A stretch of 64,000 nucleotides of DNA from Marsupella aquatica (taxonomy: Eukaryota > Plantae > Marchantiophyta), in contig OZ316893.1 of assembly GCA_973895155.1 (NCBI GenBank), forward strand, positions 11,537,660 through 11,601,659, in the 5' to 3' direction. The notes under the pieces are model-generated. The model was given only the letters and a program-made list of their open reading frames with translations. It had not been told where the DNA came from and did not search any database. The translations under genes were made by a program, and so were the position numbers. This document shows, in pieces, positions 24,698 to 35,240 of the stretch. How positions within the stretch are numbered: the stretch's first letter is position 1; each line of letters begins with the position of its first letter.

Positions 24698-25280
24698 GAC
24701 AGAGCGTTTTGTAAAGCTAAGATTCTGTGCCGAGCTTGGACGAAATGCTTAAACCAAATGAGGTAACGACCGAAAATGAGACAGAGGAGTGTGAGCAAAC
24801 CAGCGAAGACTTCTTTGAGAAATGAGCTTCAACATAGTTACGATCCACTTGAACGAGACAGACTGCCAATTAAAGGAGCTTCAACAAATGCAAGCTTCAA
24901 CCAACAACATTACTGTCATTGCGAACGAATTGACAGAGCGTTTGTAAAGCTAAGATTTCTACGCCTCGACCAAGCACTTGAACCAAATGAGGAAGCGTAC
25001 GACAACGAGACAGAGCAAGTGTGAGGAGAGCTAAGATTTCTGTGAGAAAAGAGCTTCAGAAAATGCTTCGACCTACCTAGTTGCGAACGACGTGAACGCG
25101 AAACAAAAGAATTGACGCCGACTCAAACACTCGAACCAAATGAGGAGGCGAACGACAACGAGACAGAGCAAGTGTGAGCAGAGCTAAGATTTCTTTTGAG
25201 AAAAGAGCTTCAAAAAATGCTTCGACCTACCTAGTTACGAATGACATGAACCCGAAACAAACGAATTGACGCCGACTAAA
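24698..25280. repeat. direct repeats in the INCENP 5' leader (~153-bp pair plus an older third copy)
   Basis: aaccaaatgagg...gagacagag...gtgtgag at 24752, 24981 and 25134. Confidence 0.85.
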
Positions 25281-25360
25281 ACGAGCGCTCCAAAAGGCCG
25301 AGTGAGAGAGCGGAAGAGAGCTCTCAACGACCGCCATTGTTACGAGAGGTAACGCCACTG

Positions 25361-25372
25361 CGCCAACGGCTA
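25361..25372. promoter_or_regulatory. candidate MSA (mitosis-specific activator) core upstream of INCENP
   Basis: gccaacggcta contains the AACGG core bound by MYB3R factors and lies next to the inferred start region. Single site; could be chance. Confidence 0.3.
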
Positions 25373-25631
25373 CTACTGCTCGTGCTCTGCCCGCGCGATT
25401 GTTTCATTTCTGCTCGTGCTCTGCTTCGTCTCCGAGCTTCTTTCCTCACTTCCGAGGTTTTCCGATGTTCTCGTCCATAATGACGATGGAGTGTTTTTTG
25501 AGGGACGATGAGTATGAATTTGAATTGAGTTTCACTGTGGACGACACATCAGCTCGGATGCGATTCCATCCAAACTTATGGACTAGGATAGTATCCCCGA
25601 ATGCTGGTGAACAAATGTATGTTAAGAACTT

Positions 25632-25911
25632 CATTTTGCCACTAAAGATCTTTGAATTGACATTATTGCCAAATAGGTCATGTCACAGTCTTGCATATGG
25701 ATCTTTGAATTGACATTATTGCCAAATATGTCATGCCACAGTCTTGTATATAGATCTTTGAATTGGCATTATTGCCAAATATGTCATGTCACAGTCTCTT
25801 ATATGGATGACAAGTTCACTAACCCGCTCCGGAGAACTATATACAAAACCGTGTCATATTTGCAAATATAATGAGAATATAATAAATTCAAACATCTTTA
25901 GTGGCAATATA
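25632..25911. mobile_element. MITE, copy 1 (~280 bp, ~27-bp TIRs, internal 53-bp x3 repeat)
   Basis: The left end ttgccactaaagat(c)tttgaatt is the reverse complement of the right end aattcaaa(c)atctttagtggcaa. gatctttgaattg repeats at 25647, 25700 and 25753. Confidence 0.75.
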
Positions 25912-28900
25912 CTAAAAAGTTGAGCTGCTGACTACAAGAGACCCAATAGATGGGGGACAAAAAGGAACACACAGAGAAGAAAAAAGGCCCTCATGCACCA
26001 ACTATGACCAAAAGAATGAAAAGCAAACTAAACTAAAACCCTACCTAGAGCAAACTTAAATGCCTGGTAGAGCTCAAAAGGGATATTAAACCAAATTCCC
26101 ACCTATCCATCTTTTCTTCTGTACCTATAATATTTTCTGCTGGTACTCTGCTTAGTCTCTGAGGTTGTTGTGTTCAGATGTCCTCATTCATAAAAACGAT
26201 GGAGTATTTTAGAGGGATGTATGAATTTGAATTATTTCAACATGACCATGCATAAGCTCGGATGCAATCCCATCAAAACTTATGGACTACGATAATATCT
26301 TGGAATGCTGGTGAAAAAATCATACTATTAATTTGTAATGTAACCCTGCTTTTATGGCCTAGGTCTATAGTGAAGCCTCTAGACCATAACTCTCCCTTGG
26401 TCACTTAACTTTGATTGGGGGTGCAAGGCTTAACTCTGCCTGGGTCACTTAACTTTAGGGGTGCAAGGAATGTTGAAAATCATAAATGAGTGTGAACAAT
26501 AAGGGATCTTTTTCTTTCAAGGGTTTTTTCAAATCACTTATATTTACTCTAAAACGAATGGGTTAATTAGGCTAGAATTTATTAAACTGCTGAAGAACAA
26601 AAGGCCATACACAGATACAGGATCCCAAAGACAAGGGACCCAATAGGGCATCTCAAATCTGAAGTACCACAGAGATATCTGTAGCCAGCAAGTGTGAGTT
26701 AGGGATGTTGGTCACAAGTGGTAGGACAAGCTTTTGCAAGCCTGCCACTCTATTTTGGGGAAAACATATATATGTGACCGTGAACAGAGCCAAAACCCTG
26801 AGAGTTGAGATGCCCAAATAGAGGGGGGACAAAAAGGAAAACCCATAGAAGAAAAAGCATATATTAAACTGCCAAAGAACAAAAAGTCATGCACGGATAC
26901 AGGATCCCGAGAACAAGATCCCCACCTATCCATCTTTCTTCTCTACCTGTATTATAACCAGGTCAGTAACCAAAGGTTTGTGGTCACAATAAGCCAAACA
27001 TTATGCATTCATTCCTGTTTCAATAGTACTTTGTGCAATACCACCAACAATCACAGCGATAGTACTTTGTGCAATACCATCAACAATCACAGCGACGTTG
27101 CATATCGTACGGTCTTGGGACATTTTTTCATCCCCACCAGAACAACTGAACAAAGTTCAGCCAATTAGTGATCAAAGTGTAGACTTCATGACCTAGCCAT
27201 AGACAATAATGTTTCTGCTAATTTTATTATTATTATTTAGACTGTTTTTTTGTTTTTTTGTCTTGAACAGAAATGGGAAGGAAATACAATTAGACTCCCC
27301 CCACCCCAATGTGACAGTTTTTCTGTAGGGAACCCAGACCAGGGTGAGCCCCAACGGATCCGACAGGGACCCGCACCAGGAAGGAGAGAGGATTACATCA
27401 GGGCCACAAAGTGGGCAACCAGGGGCCAAGCAAATAATCAGAACTCCAATCCACTACCCACAAAACCCATCCCACCCACACACATATACCCTCCACACTC
27501 CAGTGTGTGGAGGGGGGATTGAAACTGAGACTGAGTTCCAGGCAAATCCCCTAGCCAATTTTAGACTGTTTTTCAGTAGAGATGGGCATGGGCAGTCTGG
27601 GTACAGGGGCCCTTCATGTGTATAAGCACATGGGTATTTCCTGCTGGTACTTTGCTTTGTCTCTGAGCTTCTTGTGTTGCTGGACCTCCCTTCCTCAATT
27701 TGGATGTTGTCAAAGGAGTACTTTGGAGGGATGAGTACAAATGTAAATTGTTGCACTGTGAAGACACATACACTTGGAACTCTTTGCATGAAAGGAAGAA
27801 ACAGAAAGCCAAATCTATACTGATGAGATTAACCATTTCTACTCCATGCTGCCATTCTCATAAATTTGTACTTGAAAATTCAAAGCTGGACATCCTTTTC
27901 CTGACAAAAATTACACACCAAAACTATGTTGGGGTGACTGGGGGTTCTAGGCTACACCTTGAGTCCACTGCATCGAGAATGTTTGAAAAAGCTTCAAGGT
28001 TGCTGTGGGTCAACTTGTTTGGCATTCCAGATTCAGGGTACAGCTTAGTAACCCCCTGCCCAGACCTCGGCTTCCTGTACATGACCTACCCATATGGCCA
28101 TAATTTCTCCAGTAACAATGTTTCAGGCTATACTTGTGAGTAGCGATGGGCATGGGGAGTCCGGGGGTACGGGTAGCCCTTGGGTATAGGGAGCCCTTCA
28201 TGTGAGTATTTAGGTATTCTCCTATGTTGGTGCTCCACTTCGTCTCCAACCTCTTTGTGTGGTTGAACCTCTCTCCCTCAATTGCAATGGTCTCCTTGTG
28301 TAGAGGTGTTTGCTCTGCTTCTCTCTAAGTTTATTGGAGGGATAGAATGAATTTGAATTGTTTCAGGGACAACTCATAAGCTTTGATGCGATCGCTATCC
28401 AAATGTACGGACTAGGATAGGATCCCATAACACTTTATACGAACAAAAGCACTTTGCATGAATGGATGGATTATTGGAAAAGAGCTTTTTCCAGTAAACA
28501 ATATTTGATAGATTCGATGCAGACGCAAATGGCGATATATAAGGCTTTTGGCCTACACAAGCAAGTCAAGAAGACGTGCTGCGAATTGAAAAGTCCATCA
28601 AGTAGGCTCTTTACTGATTCCGGGGGCTCTTAGACATTGCAAAGTCAGGCAAGTTGATGGAGAGTAAAAGAACAGTTGCAGGAAAGTAAAGAAGACGTGC
28701 TGCACATTTTGGAAAACCAACTTCTCGGGTTCTGGAACTGACTTCCAGGATCCTGCCTTGGCATTTTCTCGTTTTCTTGGCTTATTGAGCAAAACTTACA
28801 GTCTGATTCAGATAAATACCGCGTACAGGTTCGAGACAGTAGTTTAGGCTGATGTGATATGATCAAGCGTTTCTATAAACTTGCCATGCAGAAAGAATGT

Positions 28901-29725
28901 ATCGAGAAAATTCTTGGAACCCATCTGCTAGACAACACTTTACTCTACCCAGTGGCAAAAATTAATCATTAGTCACTGCAGGGCAAGGAAGAAGGCACGC
29001 ACTCGAGACTTGTAAACTCATTTCTTAGAAAGTCAGCACACCCCAGTTCCAATGAACAGATCGAAGAAAGGGACCATCCTGTAACTCATTATCATGGTCA
29101 GACCGTAGTAGAGTGTGCGATTGTAGTAACCTAGTGTCCACATGCGCCCAAAGCCTTGGACTGACCAACCTAGCTTGAAGTGGGCGAATCTGATATCCAA
29201 CTTCGCAAGAAATGGGACCGAGAAAAAAAGAAACAAAGCATACTGTGTATGATCCGGAAGTACTCTGCCATTATAAGACTTATGATGGTCCCAAAATAGC
29301 CCCAAGGAAATGTCCACTTAGTCGAGGCCAGGAATTCAGCGCGCTGTGAACATGAGGCCCATGGCCAAAGAAAGCTATTACAACCTGAAGGTTCTCCTTG
29401 CGAGAATACAGTAACTTGATTTGTCGAACAACTTTTCCATGGAATTACGACCTCAGTAGAACGTGCTCTCAAGCCTCAGTTGTGCAAAAGAAAAGGAACT
29501 GCAAAACATTGCTGGGCTAGGGATATTTATACCCATTTGAGCACGAACGCATGGGCAACAGGAATGTCACATGCTCCTGTCAACCTTCAAAGGTTGGACA
29601 TTGACATAACTCTCTTTGGCTGTTATAACAATGCCAACGGCCTTCAGCTATCTGTATTCGGGTTGATTGCAGTTCTTGCCACCCGTCTTGAGTATCCTTC
29701 CGAAGTTGAAAGGAGCTCTGGGTTT

Positions 29726-32348
29726 TTACCGGAAAGCAGCATCGACATCAACCAATATGGGCTCAAGTCGAAGCTGTTCTGCAAAACCTTCAAAGAGGGC
29801 CTTGGCCAGAATCTGAAACTCGCCTTTGTCAACTTCACCACTATGGTCAGTGTCAACTTCTTTAAACACATCAGTGTAAAGCTTATCCACTTCCTCACTC
29901 TCTTCTGGGGATGGAAGCCCCCACTGCGCTCCTTGACTCTCAAACACCGGACGGATTTCAGCTTTGGTCAACTTGCCATCCTTGTTTTCATCTAGTTGTT
30001 GAAAAAGATTGTCTGCCACCTCTGCTAAGAGTTTTTCATCGTCAAGCATCTGCAAAATCAAGGGATCTCTTTCAGATAAGAGAATTTCTGCAGACTTGAA
30101 AACTGGAATCCTTATATTCCAGTAAAGAACCACAAAAGCTTAGTCCTTGACAGTCTCATATAGGGCAAACTTGAAGTAGATATCGTGAGATCAAATCAAT
30201 CAGCCATTGAAATGGCTAAAATTGAGGCCCTTCACTAAAAAATGCTCCATCTATCCGACACCTTAATGCAGCTTATAAGAAATTAGCCAGTGACAAGACT
30301 CCATATAAGACGACGAGGTTAGCTGCGGGATTCTAGGATTCAGATCTTAAAGAGTCCTCCGTTGACAAAGTTTTGAGAAACAAAATGCACAAACAAATCC
30401 TAGCTTAGAAAGCCATTGACAAATCCGACTGGACAAGAAAATTGCATACCTTGCGTAAATGGGATCCATTCAGCACTTTTAGATCTCGGACAATGAGTAT
30501 TGGCTGTTTTGCGAGTGTCTCCGCGAGATCTTGCAGCACAGTCTGAAGTAGTTCCGCAAATTGGGCTTGTCCCAGTCCCTGAGACCCATCTCCAGAATAC
30601 TTTTCTAGCAGCTTTGTGATCAAATCATCTGCGTTCTGACTTGCTGTGCAAAGGCAGGAGACAAGGAAAAAGAGTGGAGACGGGATTTTTTGTAAGTTTT
30701 CCAGCTCCGAAAAGATGCAAACTGCGGTTCTCCATATTAAACCTTTCATGGACGCCAAAATTGCTGAATGGACATGAACAATTTGGGCCGCCAATAACAA
30801 TTGAACTATAAGATTTTATGAAACGCAAAGGAAAAGTGAAAGAAAGGGAACGCATGCTGACACAATATAAAAGTCAAAGAAACCTGCAAAATTGCGTGCT
30901 ATGATGTACATCCAAGAGACGTCAAACCAGTGGGTCTATTGCAATAGTGAATAAAAATGAGTTGACGAACTGCACAATGAAACTACTACAGCGCGTCCTG
31001 TGATGCACAGCTGGCGTGGAGTAGGCGACCTACTGAAACCACAGGAAGTACATTGAGGTGGATAGCAGTCGCAAGTGATTTACCTGCAGGTGGGGGTACA
31101 CCCTGCTCAAGACCTAGCTGCATGACAGCAGGCCCAAGCTCACTGCGGCTGAGCTTACCACTCTCATCAGTGTCTAACTCCTCGAATAGGTTTTCTGCCA
31201 ACATGGCAAACTCATCCTCATCGTCGAGCAATGCCTTGATTGTCGATCCATCAAGAACTGACACCACTATGGGTTGATCTGTATACACACACATAAATGT
31301 CGGATCAATGAGTTGCGGATGATTAGGTTCAGGCAATACAATCATTTGAGTTCCCAGGCATTTTCTCGGGGGCCACCCCGAAAACCTACAGGTTACGATT
31401 CATTACGCTCATTGTAATCAGTACACAACATTCACTTCTCGTGGGCTCCACGCAGATGCAGGGTGCAATATTGCTTAATCTACTTATACAAAAGTATACA
31501 ATTTATCTTGGTTGAAAGATAAGACTGTTCTTCTGTCCGCAGAGTTAAAGAGAATAAGAGGCTTCAACGCCGCAAGAACTGCTGCCACAAAGGAAGCAGT
31601 ATGATTGGGACGATTGCTAAGGAATACTTGTTCTATGCCGACTCTGATCAAGTTTTATGACCAGAGCAACTCTCTACTCTACCCATACTGCTCACGAGGT
31701 ACCAGCGGAAGATTACCGAATTAGCAACCAACATTTCAATGTTTGAAATTGAGAAACATGAAGTTGGCCTCTCCTTGAATGCATGATCAGTTTCTCGAAG
31801 TGCTATCGGCGAATCCAGAATGTGAGATTCTCAAAGGCGCTCCATGAATTCCGTGGTTTGTCTAAACTGTAGTCCTCCAAAACATCGGAAGCTTCGACCT
31901 GAAGCCTTCTCAGTCGCCCATCAAAAACTGAATTGCAACAAGGCGCCACATAACCTAAAACTCAAAGATGTGTCCGATCGTAAAACAACACTGCAACTAA
32001 CATTGACGCTGTCTCTGGGAGGTTTCAGGAAGCACCTTGCAAAGCGTTGGCGATTGCCTGCAGGTAGTCGTGCAGAGATGTGGCAAAGGCATCTTGATTG
32101 AGCGACTCTTCTGCAGCGAGGGGTATCCCTTTGAAAGCTTGGTCAAATATTTCAGCTGAGACTTGCACTCCCAGCAAAAGAACAGTAGCCTCGGAGATAG
32201 CAGCGGACTTCACATCTGCTGGGGTCACAAACCCTTTGCCTGCGACGTCAATCTCCTTGAATTTATGTGGCGCCTTCTCTGGTATGGTCGGCAATGCCGC
32301 ATGAATCTGCGACCCATCTAGCACACGCACGACGGCTTCTTCCGCCAT
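29726..32348 (-). CDS. calcium-binding EF-hand family protein with three repeated VL(D/N)GS-EF-hand modules, 341 aa
   Basis: Exons 32348-32036, 31278-31084, 30643-30450, 30049-29726; phases consistent, GT-AG. EF loops DTDESGKLSRSE, DENKDGKLTKAE and DTDHSGEVDKGE. Confidence 0.92.
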
Positions 32349-33239
32349 CTCCTCTCCCTGTCTCTCTCAACTTTAGTCACACTCGCTCCTACCTTTTCCT
32401 CTCCTCTTCAATTCGAACGGATCCCAAGCTGCGGGTGGCCAATCCAAGCCCTCTCAACTTCGAGACCACACTAGCTCGCTCCTCACCCTCTTCAAAACTC
32501 CCTCAATCCAATCCCATTCAGAAGTGATTGAATGACAGAAAATTCTGCGCCACAGTTCCTCAAACGGATTTCCAGTTTTCCACAGCAGCAGCAGCGGCAG
32601 CCGGAGAGGAACAGAAGGATGACGACGATTCTCTCTCTCTCTCTCTCACCTCTTACCTCTTACCTCTTAATGCCGCCGACAGTCAGCAACCGGAGCGAGC
32701 GAATGGTGCCGTGTATCGACAAGCTTGACGCCCAATGCTCTACTCTACACATCCATCTTTCAGCCACATTCTCCTCCTTCCTTCCTCCGTCTCCAAAAAA
32801 AACCCGCTGCACCCTTCTCCTCTTCTCTCGAGCACTTCTCCCGAACTCTGATCTCCGCCTTCCTCTGCCTCTGTTCGATTGCTGCTCATTCGGCCGTTCA
32901 CTTGCTCGACTGTTGACGAATTCTTCTTCGTGTCCGTCTTTCTGTTTCTGTTCCTTCTCTTCGAAGGGACTAAGGGAGGGAGGGAGGGAGGCGAGAGACT
33001 TCCCAAAGCGCCCAAAGTACAGAGGTGGAGTGGGACGAGAACCCACGTGTAGCCACCTGAAAGCCCCGAAATGATTTGGCTTGCGCCATACGGTCGACAC
33101 TGTACTAGTGTATACTGTACGTACGTACATCTTTAGCATTTGTCTCCTCACTGTGTTGTCTTCTGTAGAGCACTACCCTTCCCCCCCCCCCCTTCAAAGG
33201 AGCGCTTTACATATATCAAAAGTAAAACAACTTTTTTGA

Positions 33240-33487
33240 CTGCTTTGCCACAAAAGATGTTCCAAACGATAATAGTTTCATTATTTTTTTGGAATTAGAA
33301 ATATGCCACAGTGTTGTATATGGACAACTAGTTCACCAATGTATTTATAAATATGCCATGGTGTTGGATATGGATGACAAATTCACCAATGTAACAAAAG
33401 ATAGCCTAATACAAAAATAGTGGCATATTTGTAAATACAATAAAAGCTGTGACAATTGTAAATTGGAACATCTTTAGTGGTAATGTA
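33240..33487. mobile_element. MITE, copy 2 (same family as 25632-25911)
   Basis: TIRs ctttgccacaaaagatgttccaa and ttggaacatctttagtggtaatg. Internal tatggatgacaa.ttcac and catatttg.aaata are shared with copy 1. Confidence 0.7.
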
Positions 33488-34049
33488 GTTTAAAGCTGAA
33501 AAGTACAATCCAATGTAAACGGGAGTTATATTTTGCCACAAAAAATGTGGGTGAGTACATTCAAGCCCATAAATTGTTCTATTTTCATACTCATCCCATT
33601 CCCAATCACTATTTTCCACAGGCATCCCCAACTTCAGTGACACCCCAAGAGTCATGGTGGACACCTTACTCTAAACTTTCGCCCCAGACAATAGCCTTTG
33701 ATTGCAACTCAGTAAATGAGTGATTGGCGAGGTGAGTGGAAAGTTTAAGAATTGTGTGGCATTGCGTTCCTGGGCTCAATTTCCACCGGACTGGCTATTC
33801 AAGGGGGTCAAGAGCTGCAACACATGAGAAGGGGCACATCAATGTACTGTCCCATTTTGATGGGAGGAGGGTTGTCCAAGCTACTCTGAGGGTCGCATCA
33901 AGACAGTCCAAAGAAGTGGTGGAGAAGTCCCCAACATGTTCCTACATGTCAATTCTAATGTTGGGAGAGCAAAAAGTGGCGGGCCAGGAGAGCGACTGTA
34001 AATGCACAACAATACGGTGGGGATTCAAATTTGAGGCATGTATACTTAG

Positions 34050-34300
34050 TCTAGGGTTACAATTTTAACTGTAGTTAGGGCTTACCCAAGCGGTGTTTGT
34101 TTGGATAGGAGAAACTCAGGCTCATTGTTACGGAACTAGTTGAGAGATGGAGAGATCTTGTATTGCGGAGGCTCGGCATGGCCAACGGGCCTAGAGTGTA
34201 GTAAAAGCTCTCATGTGTTCCCGTGGACTTAGCCTCAACTGAGATGAATCACCTATTGTCTATACCTAGGAGGAGCGAGTAAAGTGCAACAGGATGTTCT
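34050..34300 (+). mobile_element. diverged LTR-like fragment related to 8990-9790
   Basis: ctcattgttacggaactagttgag and gtgttcccgtggacttagcc...gatgaatcacct parallel the motifs at 9340-9460. Confidence 0.45.
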
Positions 34301-34414
34301 TCTAGTCGATAACTCTGATTGATCTGGATTTGTTGGTACAATCTGAAGCAGAGAAATATCCACTTGCTGCTCACTAACATCAATAAACTCTTCTTGTTCC
34401 TAAACTCCTTCTAG

Positions 34415-35240
34415 TGTTGGAAATGAACCACACTCGAACTGATGATGGTGTAGGCATGACCGGCTTATAGCTCAATGGTAGAACACTACAATGTACACGG
34501 GAGGTCCTAGGTTCAATTCCTAACCGTCCATGCTATTGAATAATTCTAACATGGTATCAGAGCCAAAGAATGAGAATTCTCTTGAAGCGAGTGTGGCTCA
34601 AGGGAGGGTGTTGAATAAACCACACTCAAACTGATGATGGTGCAGGCATGACAGGCCTGTAGCTCAGTCTTGAGGCAAGTGTGACTCAAGGGAGGGTGTT
34701 GAAAATGAACCACACTCAAATTGATGATGGTGCAAGCATGAGGGGCCTGTCGCTCAGTCATGAGGCAAGTGTGGCTCAAGGGACGGTGTTGAAAATGAAC
34801 CACACTGGAACTGATGATAGTGCAGGCATGATGGGTCTATAGCTCAGTCTTGAGGCGAGATGAGTGTGGCTCAAGGTAGGGTGCTGCAAATGAACCACAC
34901 TCAAACTGATGATGGTGCATGCATGATGGGCCTGTAGCTCAGTCTTGAGGCAAGTGTGGCTCAAGGGAGGGTGTTGAAGGGGGGGTTTTGAAAATGAAAC
35001 ACACTCAAACTGATGATAAGTGCACCCATGGGGGGCCTGTAGCTCAATCTTGAGGCCAGGTGAGTGTGGCTTAAGGGAGGGTGTTGAAAATGAAATCCAA
35101 CTCATGATGGTGAAGACATGAGGAGTGTGGCTCAAGGGAGGGTGTTGAAAACGAATCACACTCCAATTGATGATGATGATGGTGGCGTGTGGCTCAAGGG
35201 AGGGTGTTGAAAATGAATCATTGGGTTCAATTTACTAACA
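34415..35240 (+). mobile_element. TRIM (miniature non-autonomous LTR retrotransposon) with a tRNA-derived LTR, followed by a tandem array of truncated units
   Basis: LTR 34415-34551 (TGTTGG...CTAACA), PBS TGGTATCAGAGCC 34552-34564, short internal region, PPT AAGGGAGGG 34600-34608. LTR-start TG motifs follow at 34609, 34697, 34787, 34882, 34972, 35082, 35143 and 35205. Confidence 0.88.
34461..34530 (+). pseudogene. tRNA-derived sequence (Pol III A and B boxes) inside the TRIM LTR; not a functional tRNA
   Basis: A box TAGCTCAATGG 34468-34478, B box GGTTCAATTCC 34510-34520, T-arm TAGG-ttcaatt-CCTA. The anticodon arm and acceptor stem do not pair well. Confidence 0.8.

Noticed and set aside
34461-34530. 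Functional tRNA gene
   Set aside because: The acceptor and anticodon stems do not pair, there is no oligo-T terminator, and it is embedded in an LTR.
34609-35220. CRISPR-like array
   Set aside because: The sequences between the conserved motifs are homologous to each other rather than unique spacers, there are no cas genes, and the context is eukaryotic. The PPT and LTR parts explain the units.
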